Positions 8,697 through 16,880 of a stretch of DNA of 38,986 bases are shown here, piece after piece (position 1 is the stretch's first letter; each line of letters begins with the position of its first letter). The stretch is taken from NCBI GenBank assembly GCA_964357285.1, contig CAYHKM010000002.1:1-38986 (forward strand), given 5' to 3'. This DNA comes from an uncultured Candidatus Saccharibacteria bacterium (GTDB taxonomy: Bacteria; Patescibacteriota; Minisyncoccia; Phycocordibacterales; Phycocordibacteraceae). The notes beneath the pieces are model-generated. The model searched no databases. It saw only the letters and a program-made list of their open reading frames with translations, and was not told the DNA's origin. Both the position numbers and the translations under genes were made by a program.

Positions 8697-9269
8697 CTAA
8701 CCCGAAAGCTCTCCCGCTTCGTCTTTGATGATTTTGTAGTTCGAGAACGGTTGTATTTCGATGATTCGCTTGTGGAAGTAGCGTTTCTCGGGAATGCCGA
8801 GCGCCCAATACTCTATGCCGATTTCCGCCATACCGCGCAGGTCCGCGACCTTGGTCGGCGGGACTTCATAGTGCGCGTAATAGTTCATCACCTGCTTCGG
8901 ATACAAAACCACTTCGCTCTCTTTTTGCGAATCAGCCGGCTTTCCCTTGAAATTGTCGGTTACGACGGTGTATACGACTGCGACGGCACCGAGGTTCAAT
9001 ATCTTATATTTAAGTTCAATCCACTCTGTATCTCCCACTGGCAATTTCGAGCCCGGTGCCCTAGGTTCGACCACAAGCTCTAAATTCGCGTCAATGCCCG
9101 CGTACGGCCTCGCCCCGAGCTCGTAGGTCTTCTGCATCACCTTCGCCATCCGCTCGTTCCAGATCAAAGCGAGCGTCGCTATCGCTACCAAGACAATAGT
9201 CGATATCGCTTGTATGCCGGCTGAGTGCGCGTCCGCTACGGAAAAAACATCTTGGAGAAAATTGTCCAT
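8697..9269 (-). CDS. Hypothetical membrane-anchored protein
   Basis: 190-aa ORF with one TM (AISTIVLVAIATLALIW) and a beta-rich C-terminal domain. No family recognised. Confidence 0.55.
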   Translation of the reverse strand: MDNFLQDVFSVADAHSAGIQAISTIVLVAIATLALIWNERMAKVMQKTYELGARPYAGIDANLELVVEPRAPGSKLPVGDTEWIELKYKILNLGAVAVVYTVVTDNFKGKPADSQKESEVVLYPKQVMNYYAHYEVPPTKVADLRGMAEIGIEYWALGIPEKRYFHKRIIEIQPFSNYKIIKDEAGELSG

Positions 9270-9294
9270 ATGGGGTTCCTTCAGCTCGCGCCCA

Positions 9295-9975
9295 TTATAG
9301 CGAGCGGGTGAAAAATCCGAAGATAAAACGGCCTGCCGCGATTGCCGCTCCCGCGATGGCCTGTATGAAGATATTCACGATGATGAGCGAGGCCGCGAGG
9401 AGCCCAAGGTGCGCGACCGGAGGGTATTCGACGAAGATGAGGAGAATGAGGACCGGCCAGAAGTTCTTGAGGTCCTGGAACGAGGGCCCGAGCATCGCGC
9501 CCGCGTTCAGGAAAAGGAGGATGAGCGCCCACCCTTCCCACTCGCCGAGGTTCACCTGGCCGAGAAGTGTCCACGCTCCGGTCAAGGTGTCGCGCCACTC
9601 CTCATACGCCGGGAGCGCGAAGCGGTCGATGAGGACGAACTGATTCACGGCGAAGAGAAACAGAAGGCCCCCGATGATGGGAGCGATGCCGATCAGGAGG
9701 TTCCCTACGATGGGAATCCGCGGATTCGAATGGGTCACGTGCGGCTGGGACGAAAAGACGACGTACTCATGGATTTTCGCGCCGGTGAGGATGGCAAGGA
9801 CGGCATGCGAGGTTTCGTGTATGAACGCCCCCATGTAATACGATAGGTGAGTGACGGGGTAGTTCAAAAAGCGCCAATTGAGCCAGTTGCTCGCATAGCC
9901 CAGAAGTGCGATAAGGATAATGACGGCGCCGAGATTGGTCGTCAGCGTTGTAGGAACGACAAACGCGATGTCCAT
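9295..9975 (-). CDS. Polytopic membrane protein with HExxH motif (putative zinc metalloprotease)
   Basis: FIHETSHAVLAI (HExxH) inside a multi-TM protein of 226 aa. Confidence 0.6.
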   Translation of the reverse strand: MDIAFVVPTTLTTNLGAVIILIALLGYASNWLNWRFLNYPVTHLSYYMGAFIHETSHAVLAILTGAKIHEYVVFSSQPHVTHSNPRIPIVGNLLIGIAPIIGGLLFLFAVNQFVLIDRFALPAYEEWRDTLTGAWTLLGQVNLGEWEGWALILLFLNAGAMLGPSFQDLKNFWPVLILLIFVEYPPVAHLGLLAASLIIVNIFIQAIAGAAIAAGRFIFGFFTRSL

Positions 9976-10007
9976 TCTTTAATGAACATAACACGACGTG
10001 GAAGCCG

Positions 10008-10139
10008 CTAGTGCGCCCACTTATGCCACTTGCAGTAGATAGAACCTTTCACCGCCGGCCTCGTGCAGCCGTCCACGTCGCATTTCGGAGCTGGCTCGCT
10101 ATTCGCGGCGCGGGCCATTAGTCTCAGTTCCGGTCTCAT
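10008..10139 (-). CDS. Small (43 aa) Cys/His-rich zinc-ribbon-like protein, apparently leaderless
   Basis: MRPELRLMARAANSEPAPKCDVDGCTRPAVKGSIYCKWHKWAH. The ATG lies 7 nt after a TAAAAT -10 box. Confidence 0.45.
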   Translation of the reverse strand: MRPELRLMARAANSEPAPKCDVDGCTRPAVKGSIYCKWHKWAH

Positions 10140-10146
10140 TTGAAAT

Positions 10147-10174
10147 ATTTTAGCATTTTTTGTAATAAAGTCAA
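10147..10174 (-). promoter_or_regulatory. Sigma70-like promoter (TTGACT - 16 nt - TAAAAT)
   Basis: Read on the minus strand directly upstream of the 10139 ATG. Confidence 0.45.
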
Positions 10175-10235
10175 TACATGCGGGAAAGCGTCCTAACGTG
10201 GACGCTTTCCGTGAGGCCGTTTTCAAAGTCTGCTT

Positions 10236-11300
10236 TTAACCGAACGTGAACGCGTAAAAGCGCGCGCCGGGCCCGCTCACCTTGAGTTCAAGCAGGTGTT
10301 CGCCGGGGACTCCGTTCTTGACGAGCTTGTACAGTCGGCTTTCTCCTATCTTCACAATCCCTTCAACGCTAACGTCCACGCCGCCCGAGGCGCCAACGGC
10401 CTTTCCATCTTGGAGTACCGTGATCTCGACGGGCGTGTCAGCCTCGGCCACGATGTACACCTCTTTCGCATTGTAACGATAGACGATGGAGGCTTCGGAA
10501 ACCGACTCGGCATACTCCGGTGCGATGTTCCATGAACCCGCAAGGTAGAGAGCATTTCGCACGAGAGTAGCCGGAAGCGCGAACGTTTGAACCCCATCCC
10601 GTCCCGATGTCCCGTTTGCGAGGTACTCGTTTCGAAGGGACCCGAAGTACGTTTCAGGACTCCGCGCAACGCTCGTCTCGGCCGATACGCTTTCCGTAGC
10701 AAGGCCTTCTGTGAGCTCGGGCATGCCCATCCCGAGGACGCGTTCCCGCTCCTCGAGGAGTTCCCGTATCTTCATTTCCGTTTCCTCGTACGCGCCTTCG
10801 CCGATGTGGTCATAGACGATGTTGCCGTGGATATCCACGAGATACTTCCGCGGCCAGTACTGGTTCCCGTACGCGCGCCACGTAGCGTAGTCGTTATCGA
10901 GGACGATCCGGTGTTTTATACCGAAGCGCTCCATCGCCTCGCGCACGTTCCCGATGTCCCGCTCGAAGGCGAACTCGGGCGTGTGGATGCCGACGATTTC
11001 GAGCCCGCGGTCCTTATATGTCTCGTACCAGGCATTCAAGTAAGGGAAGGTGCGCTGGCAGTTGATACAGCTGTAGGTCATAAAATCGACGAGTATCACT
11101 TTCTTGCCGACGAGCTCTTTGAGCATGAACGGCTCCGTATTCACGAAGCCCGAAGGATTCACGATCTCCTGGTACGGCTTTGCGCCGAGCTTCAAGACTC
11201 CCGACGTCCCCGACCCGGGCGATACAGCAAGGAAGCCAACGCCGAGCACGAGGAGTACGAGCACGATGCCGCCGACGATGTATTCCGGCTTCATGGTCAT
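10236..11300 (-). CDS. Anchored thioredoxin-fold protein with C-terminal beta domain (DipZ C-terminal-like)
   Basis: Start MTMKPEYIVGGIVLVLL (TM anchor). CxxC motif SCINCQ in a TlpA/DipZ-like thioredoxin domain (GIHTPEFAFE...YWPRKYLVD). ATGA overlap with the ccdA stop. The upstream 122 codons of the long ORF overlap ccdA and are rejected. Confidence 0.8.
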   Translation of the reverse strand: MTMKPEYIVGGIVLVLLVLGVGFLAVSPGSGTSGVLKLGAKPYQEIVNPSGFVNTEPFMLKELVGKKVILVDFMTYSCINCQRTFPYLNAWYETYKDRGLEIVGIHTPEFAFERDIGNVREAMERFGIKHRIVLDNDYATWRAYGNQYWPRKYLVDIHGNIVYDHIGEGAYEETEMKIRELLEERERVLGMGMPELTEGLATESVSAETSVARSPETYFGSLRNEYLANGTSGRDGVQTFALPATLVRNALYLAGSWNIAPEYAESVSEASIVYRYNAKEVYIVAEADTPVEITVLQDGKAVGASGGVDVSVEGIVKIGESRLYKLVKNGVPGEHLLELKVSGPGARFYAFTFG

Positions 11301-12022
11301 TGTGCTTTCTCGAGGAGTATGTGCTCTATCTTCGTGATGTCGAAGTACCCGCTGTCGAGTATCGCCGTCTCGAGTTTCTTCTCGTAACCCGTCGCGATGA
11401 GGACGCCGAGTACCACGAAGAGGACGCCGATGCCGCGCTTGAGATACCCCTTCGGGTCCGACGCTCCGGCGAGGCGGTCTGCGAAGCGCTGTCCGAGGAG
11501 CGCGATGAGAAGTAGTATCAGGGAAAGCCCGAGTACGTAGGAGAGGAGGTACGCCGTACCGAGCGCGAAGGAGACGGGGAGAACCGACGCCAGGATGACG
11601 AAGTAGGTGGGGGAGCAGGTCGAAAAGACGGGTCCCAGCGCCGCGCCTATCAAAGCGTCGCCCCACAGACTCTTTCGCTTATAGCCCTGGCCGACGAGCT
11701 TGTTCGACGCGGTCGAGAGTTTCGCGAGGCCGGGGAGCCGTTCCCACAGGGCGGGGAAAAGGAGCGTTGCGCCGAAAAGAACGAGGATGCCGCCGGAGAG
11801 GTAGGTCCAGAACTCAGGCGGGATCATTATGAAAGCGGTTGAGGCCTTGAGGAGGTACGTGAAGAGGATTATCGACAGCCCGAGTGACGCAACCACGACA
11901 TACGGCGTCCAGCGGCTCCTCCCCGACGCGGAAGAGCCGATAACGACCGGGAGGAGAGGCAGGATGCACGGCGCCAAGACCGTGAGCGCTCCCGCGATGA
12001 ACGAGACGACGAGAAGCGTCAT
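11297..12022 (-). CDS. ccdA: Cytochrome c biogenesis/thiol-disulfide electron transporter CcdA (DsbD membrane domain)
   Basis: LAPCILPLLPVV motif and a second Cys region FSTCSPTY. Six TM helices, 241 aa. Confidence 0.85.
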   Translation of the reverse strand: MTLLVVSFIAGALTVLAPCILPLLPVVIGSSASGRSRWTPYVVVASLGLSIILFTYLLKASTAFIMIPPEFWTYLSGGILVLFGATLLFPALWERLPGLAKLSTASNKLVGQGYKRKSLWGDALIGAALGPVFSTCSPTYFVILASVLPVSFALGTAYLLSYVLGLSLILLLIALLGQRFADRLAGASDPKGYLKRGIGVLFVVLGVLIATGYEKKLETAILDSGYFDITKIEHILLEKAQ

Positions 12023-12025
12023 TTG

Positions 12026-12670
12026 TTACTTGATGTTACCGAGGATTGACGCAAGCGTAGCGGATTTGTTCCATTTGGCTATTGTATTCCCTTCGGCATC
12101 GACCTGAACCAGCGTGTGCTGATAGGTGACGCCATACTTCTGCTTGAGGGCGGTTGACTTGTCGTAATCGACGTCAAGTATCGTGACTCCCGCAGGGATC
12201 TGATCGAGATGCGCCCTGATGTCCGCATCAAGCCCGCGGCACGTGGGGCACCATGGCGCACGAAAGAAGAGGACGACGTCGCCATCGGATGCGCGCGCAA
12301 GCTTTTCGGGGCCGTATACTTCGTACGACCCTTTGCTCATCATGCTTCCTTCCGGGGCTTTTTCCATCGTGCTCTTATCCTTCTCCGTCGTCCCATCTGG
12401 TTTAACCATCGTCCCATCGGGTTTGATCATGGTACCGTCCGGCTTCACCATAGTTCCGTCTGGTTTAACCATCGTCCCGTCGGGTTTAACCATTGTTCCG
12501 TCAGCTTTCACCACAGTGCCGTCCTCTAACGTCTTTTCACTCGCTGGCAATTGCGCTGTTTGTGGTTGTACTCGGGTAGCGTAATAACCAACTCCCGCAA
12601 CCACCACAACGAGAGCGACTATTGCGATAAGGACAGGCATCGCAAAACCTTTTTGTGAATTGTTTTTCAT
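12026..12670 (-). CDS. Membrane-anchored thioredoxin with DGTMVKP heptad-repeat linker
   Basis: N-terminal TM, seven tandem DGT(M/V)(V/I)K(P/A) units, then a thioredoxin domain with WCPTC. Confidence 0.8.
   Translation of the reverse strand: MKNNSQKGFAMPVLIAIVALVVVVAGVGYYATRVQPQTAQLPASEKTLEDGTVVKADGTMVKPDGTMVKPDGTMVKPDGTMIKPDGTMVKPDGTTEKDKSTMEKAPEGSMMSKGSYEVYGPEKLARASDGDVVLFFRAPWCPTCRGLDADIRAHLDQIPAGVTILDVDYDKSTALKQKYGVTYQHTLVQVDAEGNTIAKWNKSATLASILGNIK
12377..12523. repeat. Seven tandem 21-nt repeats inside the thioredoxin gene
   Basis: They encode DGTVVKA, DGTMVKP x3, DGTMIKP, DGTMVKP and DGTTEKD. The period-21 repetition is visible in the nucleotide sequence. Confidence 0.8.
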
Positions 12671-12709
12671 AACCTTTTTAAGTTAATGATTTCTTCGACT
12701 ATTTATTTA

Positions 12710-12738
12710 ATGATATGCCGATGCGAAACAGATGTCAA
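12710..12738 (-). promoter_or_regulatory. Sigma70-like promoter of the thioredoxin-ccdA operon (TTGACA - 17 nt - TATCAT)
   Basis: Lies in the AT-rich spacer upstream of the 12670 start. An AAGG Shine-Dalgarno-like element precedes the ATG. Confidence 0.5.
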
Positions 12739-12753
12739 TTAGACTTTACACAC

Positions 12754-13116
12754 CTACCGATAGTGTTCGGCGTGCCAGCGGGCGATAAGCTTTGCGACGA
12801 CCATCGTGCCCAGGGCGAACGTGACCCACGGGTCGATGTCATGCGCAAGCCCTTGCGCGACAAGCGCCACCGTGAGGACCGCGATGCCCGACAGGTACGC
12901 AACCCTTCCCGCGTGCATTGCGTGCGCAGCTTCCCGTTCGTCGTTCGATTTTTCATAGAGAACAAGTCCCGCCCAGAGCGCCGCAAGAACGGCTGCGCAG
13001 AGCAAAGCTACCATCTGCGCGGGCTCGGGCATCCAGAACATGAGGGGATCAGTGAGGAGCCCCAAGAGGACGACGAGAAGGACCGCTGCGGCTACGGGGA
13101 GGTATTTATTTGCCAT
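12754..13116 (-). CDS. Small membrane protein (DUF2178-like context, downstream of an XRE regulator)
   Basis: Start MANKYLPVAAAVLLVVLL. Four TM segments. Overlaps the HTH gene end by 11 nt. Confidence 0.6.
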   Translation of the reverse strand: MANKYLPVAAAVLLVVLLGLLTDPLMFWMPEPAQMVALLCAAVLAALWAGLVLYEKSNDEREAAHAMHAGRVAYLSGIAVLTVALVAQGLAHDIDPWVTFALGTMVVAKLIARWHAEHYR

Positions 13117-13318
13117 ATGAGATGCGGAAAATTTCTTCGACCGACGCCTTAAAAACCGTCGCGATCTTGAGAGCAAGGAGGACCGACGGAGTGTAATTGC
13201 CCTTCTCGATCGAAATCACCGTCTGTCGGGTGACGCCCACCTTGTCCGCCAACTCCTCCTGGGTTAAACCATTTTTTGTACGGAGCGCGTGCACGGAGTT
13301 TGCGATGTGTTCCGCCAT
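13106..13318 (-). CDS. XRE/Cro-family helix-turn-helix transcriptional regulator
   Basis: LRTKNGLTQEELADKVGVTRQTVISIEKGNYTPS. 70 aa from MAEHIANS. Confidence 0.85.
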   Translation of the reverse strand: MAEHIANSVHALRTKNGLTQEELADKVGVTRQTVISIEKGNYTPSVLLALKIATVFKASVEEIFRISYGK

Positions 13319-13370
13319 GTCGCTTCTATCCGTACAGGATACCGCTACCGGGCGCGACGTCAAGTTTACT

Positions 13371-13694
13371 TTACATTCCAAGTCCGCGGGTCGTGTACAA
13401 GAGGAGAACGATGAACGCGACCGCAAAAACGGCGAACGCACCGACGGTCTTCAGAAAGAATCCGGCGGCCTCTTGTTTCTGGCCTTCGACATAGAGCCGG
13501 ACGGGCTCGAAAACGAACAGGTATCCCATGACCGCGGTGGAGAGAACGAAAAGGGAGAGCATGGTCATCGGAATGAGCATGTTCTCGCCGCCCTCGCCCT
13601 CTTTTGTGAGCGACATGACAGCATCCATGATGTTCACAATGACGACGATATAGAGCGCGGCCAAAGTCGCGTTCAGAAAAGGGTTTAGTTTCAT
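13371..13694 (-). CDS. Small membrane protein, apparently leaderless
   Basis: 107 aa with three TM segments. A TATAAT box sits 6 nt upstream of the ATG. Confidence 0.65.
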   Translation of the reverse strand: MKLNPFLNATLAALYIVVIVNIMDAVMSLTKEGEGGENMLIPMTMLSLFVLSTAVMGYLFVFEPVRLYVEGQKQEAAGFFLKTVGAFAVFAVAFIVLLLYTTRGLGM

Positions 13695-13765
13695 GCCGCC
13701 ATTATACTTCTTGAGCGAGCCGATGGTCTCGTCTGACGAAAGCCGGTATCAGCTTCCGAATTTCC

Positions 13766-15385
13766 TTATCGTCCGAAGAAGAATTCAAAGAACGCGGCGA
13801 TGCCGGACGCGAGCTGCGAGGTGATAGTTCTCAAAGACGAAGGTGGTGGTGGAGGTGGTGGTAGTGCGCCAGCATCATATGTGCCATCGGATGGAGGGAG
13901 CGGATATGGCCCGCTCGGATACGTTCCTCCCGGAGGTGACTGTGACGGGTACACGCCCTGATCATCTGTACCGCCTGTGGAGCTTGGAGGAGGTGGGTAT
14001 CCGCCAGGGTACGTTCCGGGAGGCGGAGGCTGCCCACTCTGCTGGTATTGTTGATATTGTTCCTGGTATTGCCTCTGATATTCCTCGTTGTACCGGCGCT
14101 GGTATTCTTCTTGATACTGTTTCTGATCTTGGTACTGTTGCTGGTATTCAGAGGGAACATCTGCACCGGTTGAACCCGGCGCCGGAGGCGGTCCGAATCC
14201 TTGGGGCGGAGATGCTCCTTCAATCGGCGCCCCCTGCCCCGGAAATTGCCCTTCAACCGGCGCGCCTTGTCCGGGAAATGGGAATCCTCCTTCCCCACCT
14301 GGAAACTGCCCCGTAGGCCGGGTGAAGTTTTGTTCAAAGCACTGGCGTATGGTGTCGCCGATGGTGTGAGACGGCGGTCGCGCGCCTGAGAGTATCTCCT
14401 GAAGATTCTCAGCGCCGATTACCCTGGAGATGCATTCTCTGACGCCAGCCGGGGCCTGATCGAGATGGGATCGGATCTCCGTCACGCCCTCACGCATCCG
14501 CTCCCGATCCTCTTCCGAAAGTATCCCGTGTTCGGTAGCGAACGCGAAGCACTCTTCTTGGTGTGTGGCGCAATACGTTTCGCACTGCTCGCGGCCGCGG
14601 CAGTCGCCAGGTCCCTTGCCGCCCGTCTTTTTTAAGAGTTCTTGTTCTTCCTGAGAAAGAAAACCGTTCTCGGTTGCGAAATCGATGCATTTCTGGAAGA
14701 CCTCATCGTTTGGAGGATCCTCGCACTGCTCGAAATCGCGCGGTGACCCGAACGGCGAGCGCCCCTCTTCGATTGCCCGGAACACCTTTTCAGCTTTTTC
14801 GCGATCAATGCCGGGCGGGAGAAGACCCGCTGCTTCTGCGAACACGAAGCACGAACGCATCGTCTCGACATTCGACGGATTCTCACAAACTTCCTTGCAC
14901 GCACGCGCGTCAGTGCACTGTCGCGGCAGGGGCACACCCGAATCGAGCGCGGCTATCACTTTCTCGGCCTCTTCAAGTTCATCCGCTTCCATGAGCCCGT
15001 GCTCTTTGGCGTAGGCGACGCACTCGCGCATGTGACCACTTACATTGCAGTATGCTTCGCACGACGCGCGCGGCGTATCAGTGTTTTCAGCGCATCCTCC
15101 GGGGCCGCCATCTCCGATCGCGGCCTCTATCCTCCCGTCCACTTCGGCGTGCGTTGAGCCGAGCCCGTACTTTGCTGCGAACGAGTGGCATGCGTCCTCG
15201 TGTGCAGGGTCGTCGCAGTAGGCTTTGCACTCGAGCCTGTTCCCACAATTGCCTAGCTCCTGAATGGGAAACTCGATGTCGAAAATGGAAGCGGCGTTTG
15301 CGAAAACGGCGCCTGTTACGAATAGCGCGAATGCTACGATAGCGATCGCGATTCCGCGATCACTCGAACGGGTTTGTGTATTCAT
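13766..15385 (-). CDS. Secreted or anchored modular Cys-rich protein with Q/Y/P-rich tail
   Basis: Signal-anchor GIAIAIVAFALFVTGAVFANA. Five C...C..YC....H..EC..FA..HG-type modules. C-terminal QQQYQDQKQYQEEYQRRYNEEYQRQYQEQYQQYQQ and PPPP tracts. An alternative start is at 15409. Confidence 0.7.
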   Translation of the reverse strand: MNTQTRSSDRGIAIAIVAFALFVTGAVFANAASIFDIEFPIQELGNCGNRLECKAYCDDPAHEDACHSFAAKYGLGSTHAEVDGRIEAAIGDGGPGGCAENTDTPRASCEAYCNVSGHMRECVAYAKEHGLMEADELEEAEKVIAALDSGVPLPRQCTDARACKEVCENPSNVETMRSCFVFAEAAGLLPPGIDREKAEKVFRAIEEGRSPFGSPRDFEQCEDPPNDEVFQKCIDFATENGFLSQEEQELLKKTGGKGPGDCRGREQCETYCATHQEECFAFATEHGILSEEDRERMREGVTEIRSHLDQAPAGVRECISRVIGAENLQEILSGARPPSHTIGDTIRQCFEQNFTRPTGQFPGGEGGFPFPGQGAPVEGQFPGQGAPIEGASPPQGFGPPPAPGSTGADVPSEYQQQYQDQKQYQEEYQRRYNEEYQRQYQEQYQQYQQSGQPPPPGTYPGGYPPPPSSTGGTDDQGVYPSQSPPGGTYPSGPYPLPPSDGTYDAGALPPPPPPPSSLRTITSQLASGIAAFFEFFFGR

Positions 15386-15614
15386 TGGTGAATGGATTAG
15401 TCTTCTCAATGGGGTTTGCGGTCGGTGTCACTTGATTCAAAGGATTCGCACTCGGAGCGACCGCGGGCGTTTCAACAACCGCTTTGTCCAGCGCGCTTTC
15501 AATAGGAGGCGGCACCTCGCGGGGGCTTTGCACTATCCAAAGGTAGAACAGAGCGCCCACAAGAAATAAGAGAGCGATCAGAGCGCCGGCGTAGAGCATC
15601 ACCCGCTGATTCAT
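15360..15614 (-). CDS. Small membrane-anchored Pro-rich protein
   Basis: MNQRVMLYAGALIALLFLVGALFYLW followed by a Pro/Ala/Asn-rich tail. The start was chosen at the first Met before the TM. Confidence 0.45.
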   Translation of the reverse strand: MNQRVMLYAGALIALLFLVGALFYLWIVQSPREVPPPIESALDKAVVETPAVAPSANPLNQVTPTANPIEKTNPFTNEYTNPFE

Positions 15615-15778
15615 CACAACCTCATTATCGAACGATTTCACACGGCTCGGCTTGTTTGTCCACAGTGCCTTCCATGAGAAGAGGACGCCCCAATGCAAGA
15701 CGGAGCGAGGGAAACTCGCTCCGTTGTTAGTCAAACTGCCAGGTTCAGCTCACCCTCCACTCTTGTCGCACCGAAGTG

Positions 15779-16873
15779 TTAATTTACCTCGATATCGATG
15801 TGCCGTATACCGGGGTAGAGCTTGGTTATCCGGGCCTCTATCTCATCAACTCTCTTCCCGATGAGGCGCGGTATCCGGTCGGTGTAGTCCGCGAGGAAGC
15901 GTTTGAATGACTCGAAGTCCCCGTCCATCTCTTCAAACTCCGCCCGCATGTCTTGCCGCTCGAGGATCTCGTCGAGGAACGCCGCTCCGTTGAACTCGAC
16001 GTCGCACTTGATGCGGTATACGCCGAACCCGATGGTTTGGGACTTGAAATCCACCACTCGTTCTATCGCGGGCTCGGCGTTTAGAAGCTCCATGACCTTC
16101 TCCTCTATCTCCTCAGGTATTGCCCGTCCGATGAGGTAGGAGCGGTTTTTTATGATAAGAGTTACCGCGATGATGCCGAGCAAGGTCGCGATGACCAGGG
16201 AACCTATGGCGTCCCAGAGTGCATTCCCGGTGAAATAGGAAAGCGTGATGGAAACGGACGCGACAAGGACGCCAAGGACTGCCACCGCATCCTCAAGAAA
16301 AACCGAGACGGTCGCGGGGTCGGCGCGAGCGATGCGCTCCTGCCACGAGGCGTTCGGGAAGCTTTTTTTGAGCGCGTCGGCGGCGATGAAGAGCGTGTAG
16401 GATTCGACGATGAACGAAACGAACAGAACGCCGAAGATAAGAGAGGAGAACTCGACGTGGTGCGGAGCGGTAAGCGCCAAGATACCGTTGTAGGCGGTAA
16501 TGCCCGCTCCCACGAAAAGGACGCCGCACGCTGAGATGAGTGCCCAGAAGAAGCGTTCATTGCCGTACCCGTATTCGAACGAATCGTCGGCTTTCTTTAT
16601 AGAGCGGCCAAGGCCGATCAAGAGCAAAACCTGGTTCACAGTATCCGCAAGACTATGGACCGCCTCCGAGAGCATTACGCTTGAGCCCGACGCGAGACCG
16701 GCAACGAACTTAATGATGGTCACGAACAGGTTCCCCCCGACGGCAGCGACCACGGGCCAGAATCCCAAGGTCTTTTGTATCGCCATGCCTGCAGTATACA
16801 GAAAGGGGATACTTCCTTTACTGGCGAACGCCAGAATGCCCCGCGCCTCTGGCGCGGGGATGAATGGCGCCAT
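15779..16873 (-). CDS. Cation diffusion facilitator (CDF) family metal efflux transporter
   Basis: TM2 SEAVHSLADT, six TM helices and a C-terminal cytoplasmic domain. An alternative start is MAIQK at 16786. Confidence 0.85.
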   Translation of the reverse strand: MAPFIPAPEARGILAFASKGSIPFLYTAGMAIQKTLGFWPVVAAVGGNLFVTIIKFVAGLASGSSVMLSEAVHSLADTVNQVLLLIGLGRSIKKADDSFEYGYGNERFFWALISACGVLFVGAGITAYNGILALTAPHHVEFSSLIFGVLFVSFIVESYTLFIAADALKKSFPNASWQERIARADPATVSVFLEDAVAVLGVLVASVSITLSYFTGNALWDAIGSLVIATLLGIIAVTLIIKNRSYLIGRAIPEEIEEKVMELLNAEPAIERVVDFKSQTIGFGVYRIKCDVEFNGAAFLDEILERQDMRAEFEEMDGDFESFKRFLADYTDRIPRLIGKRVDEIEARITKLYPGIRHIDIEVN

Positions 16874-16880
16874 GAAAGAA

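Noticed and set aside
10236-11666. The full 476-aa ORF as the thioredoxin/DipZ-like gene.
   Set aside because: The first 122 codons are an Arg/Pro-rich frame that overlaps ccdA. The TM anchor and the ATGA coupling to the ccdA stop support the start at 11300.
12377-12523. A CRISPR-like or other noncoding array, suggested by regularly spaced repeats.
   Set aside because: The repeats are contiguous 21-nt units without spacers. They are in frame inside a thioredoxin gene and encode a heptad peptide repeat. No CRISPR array or cas gene is seen anywhere in the window.
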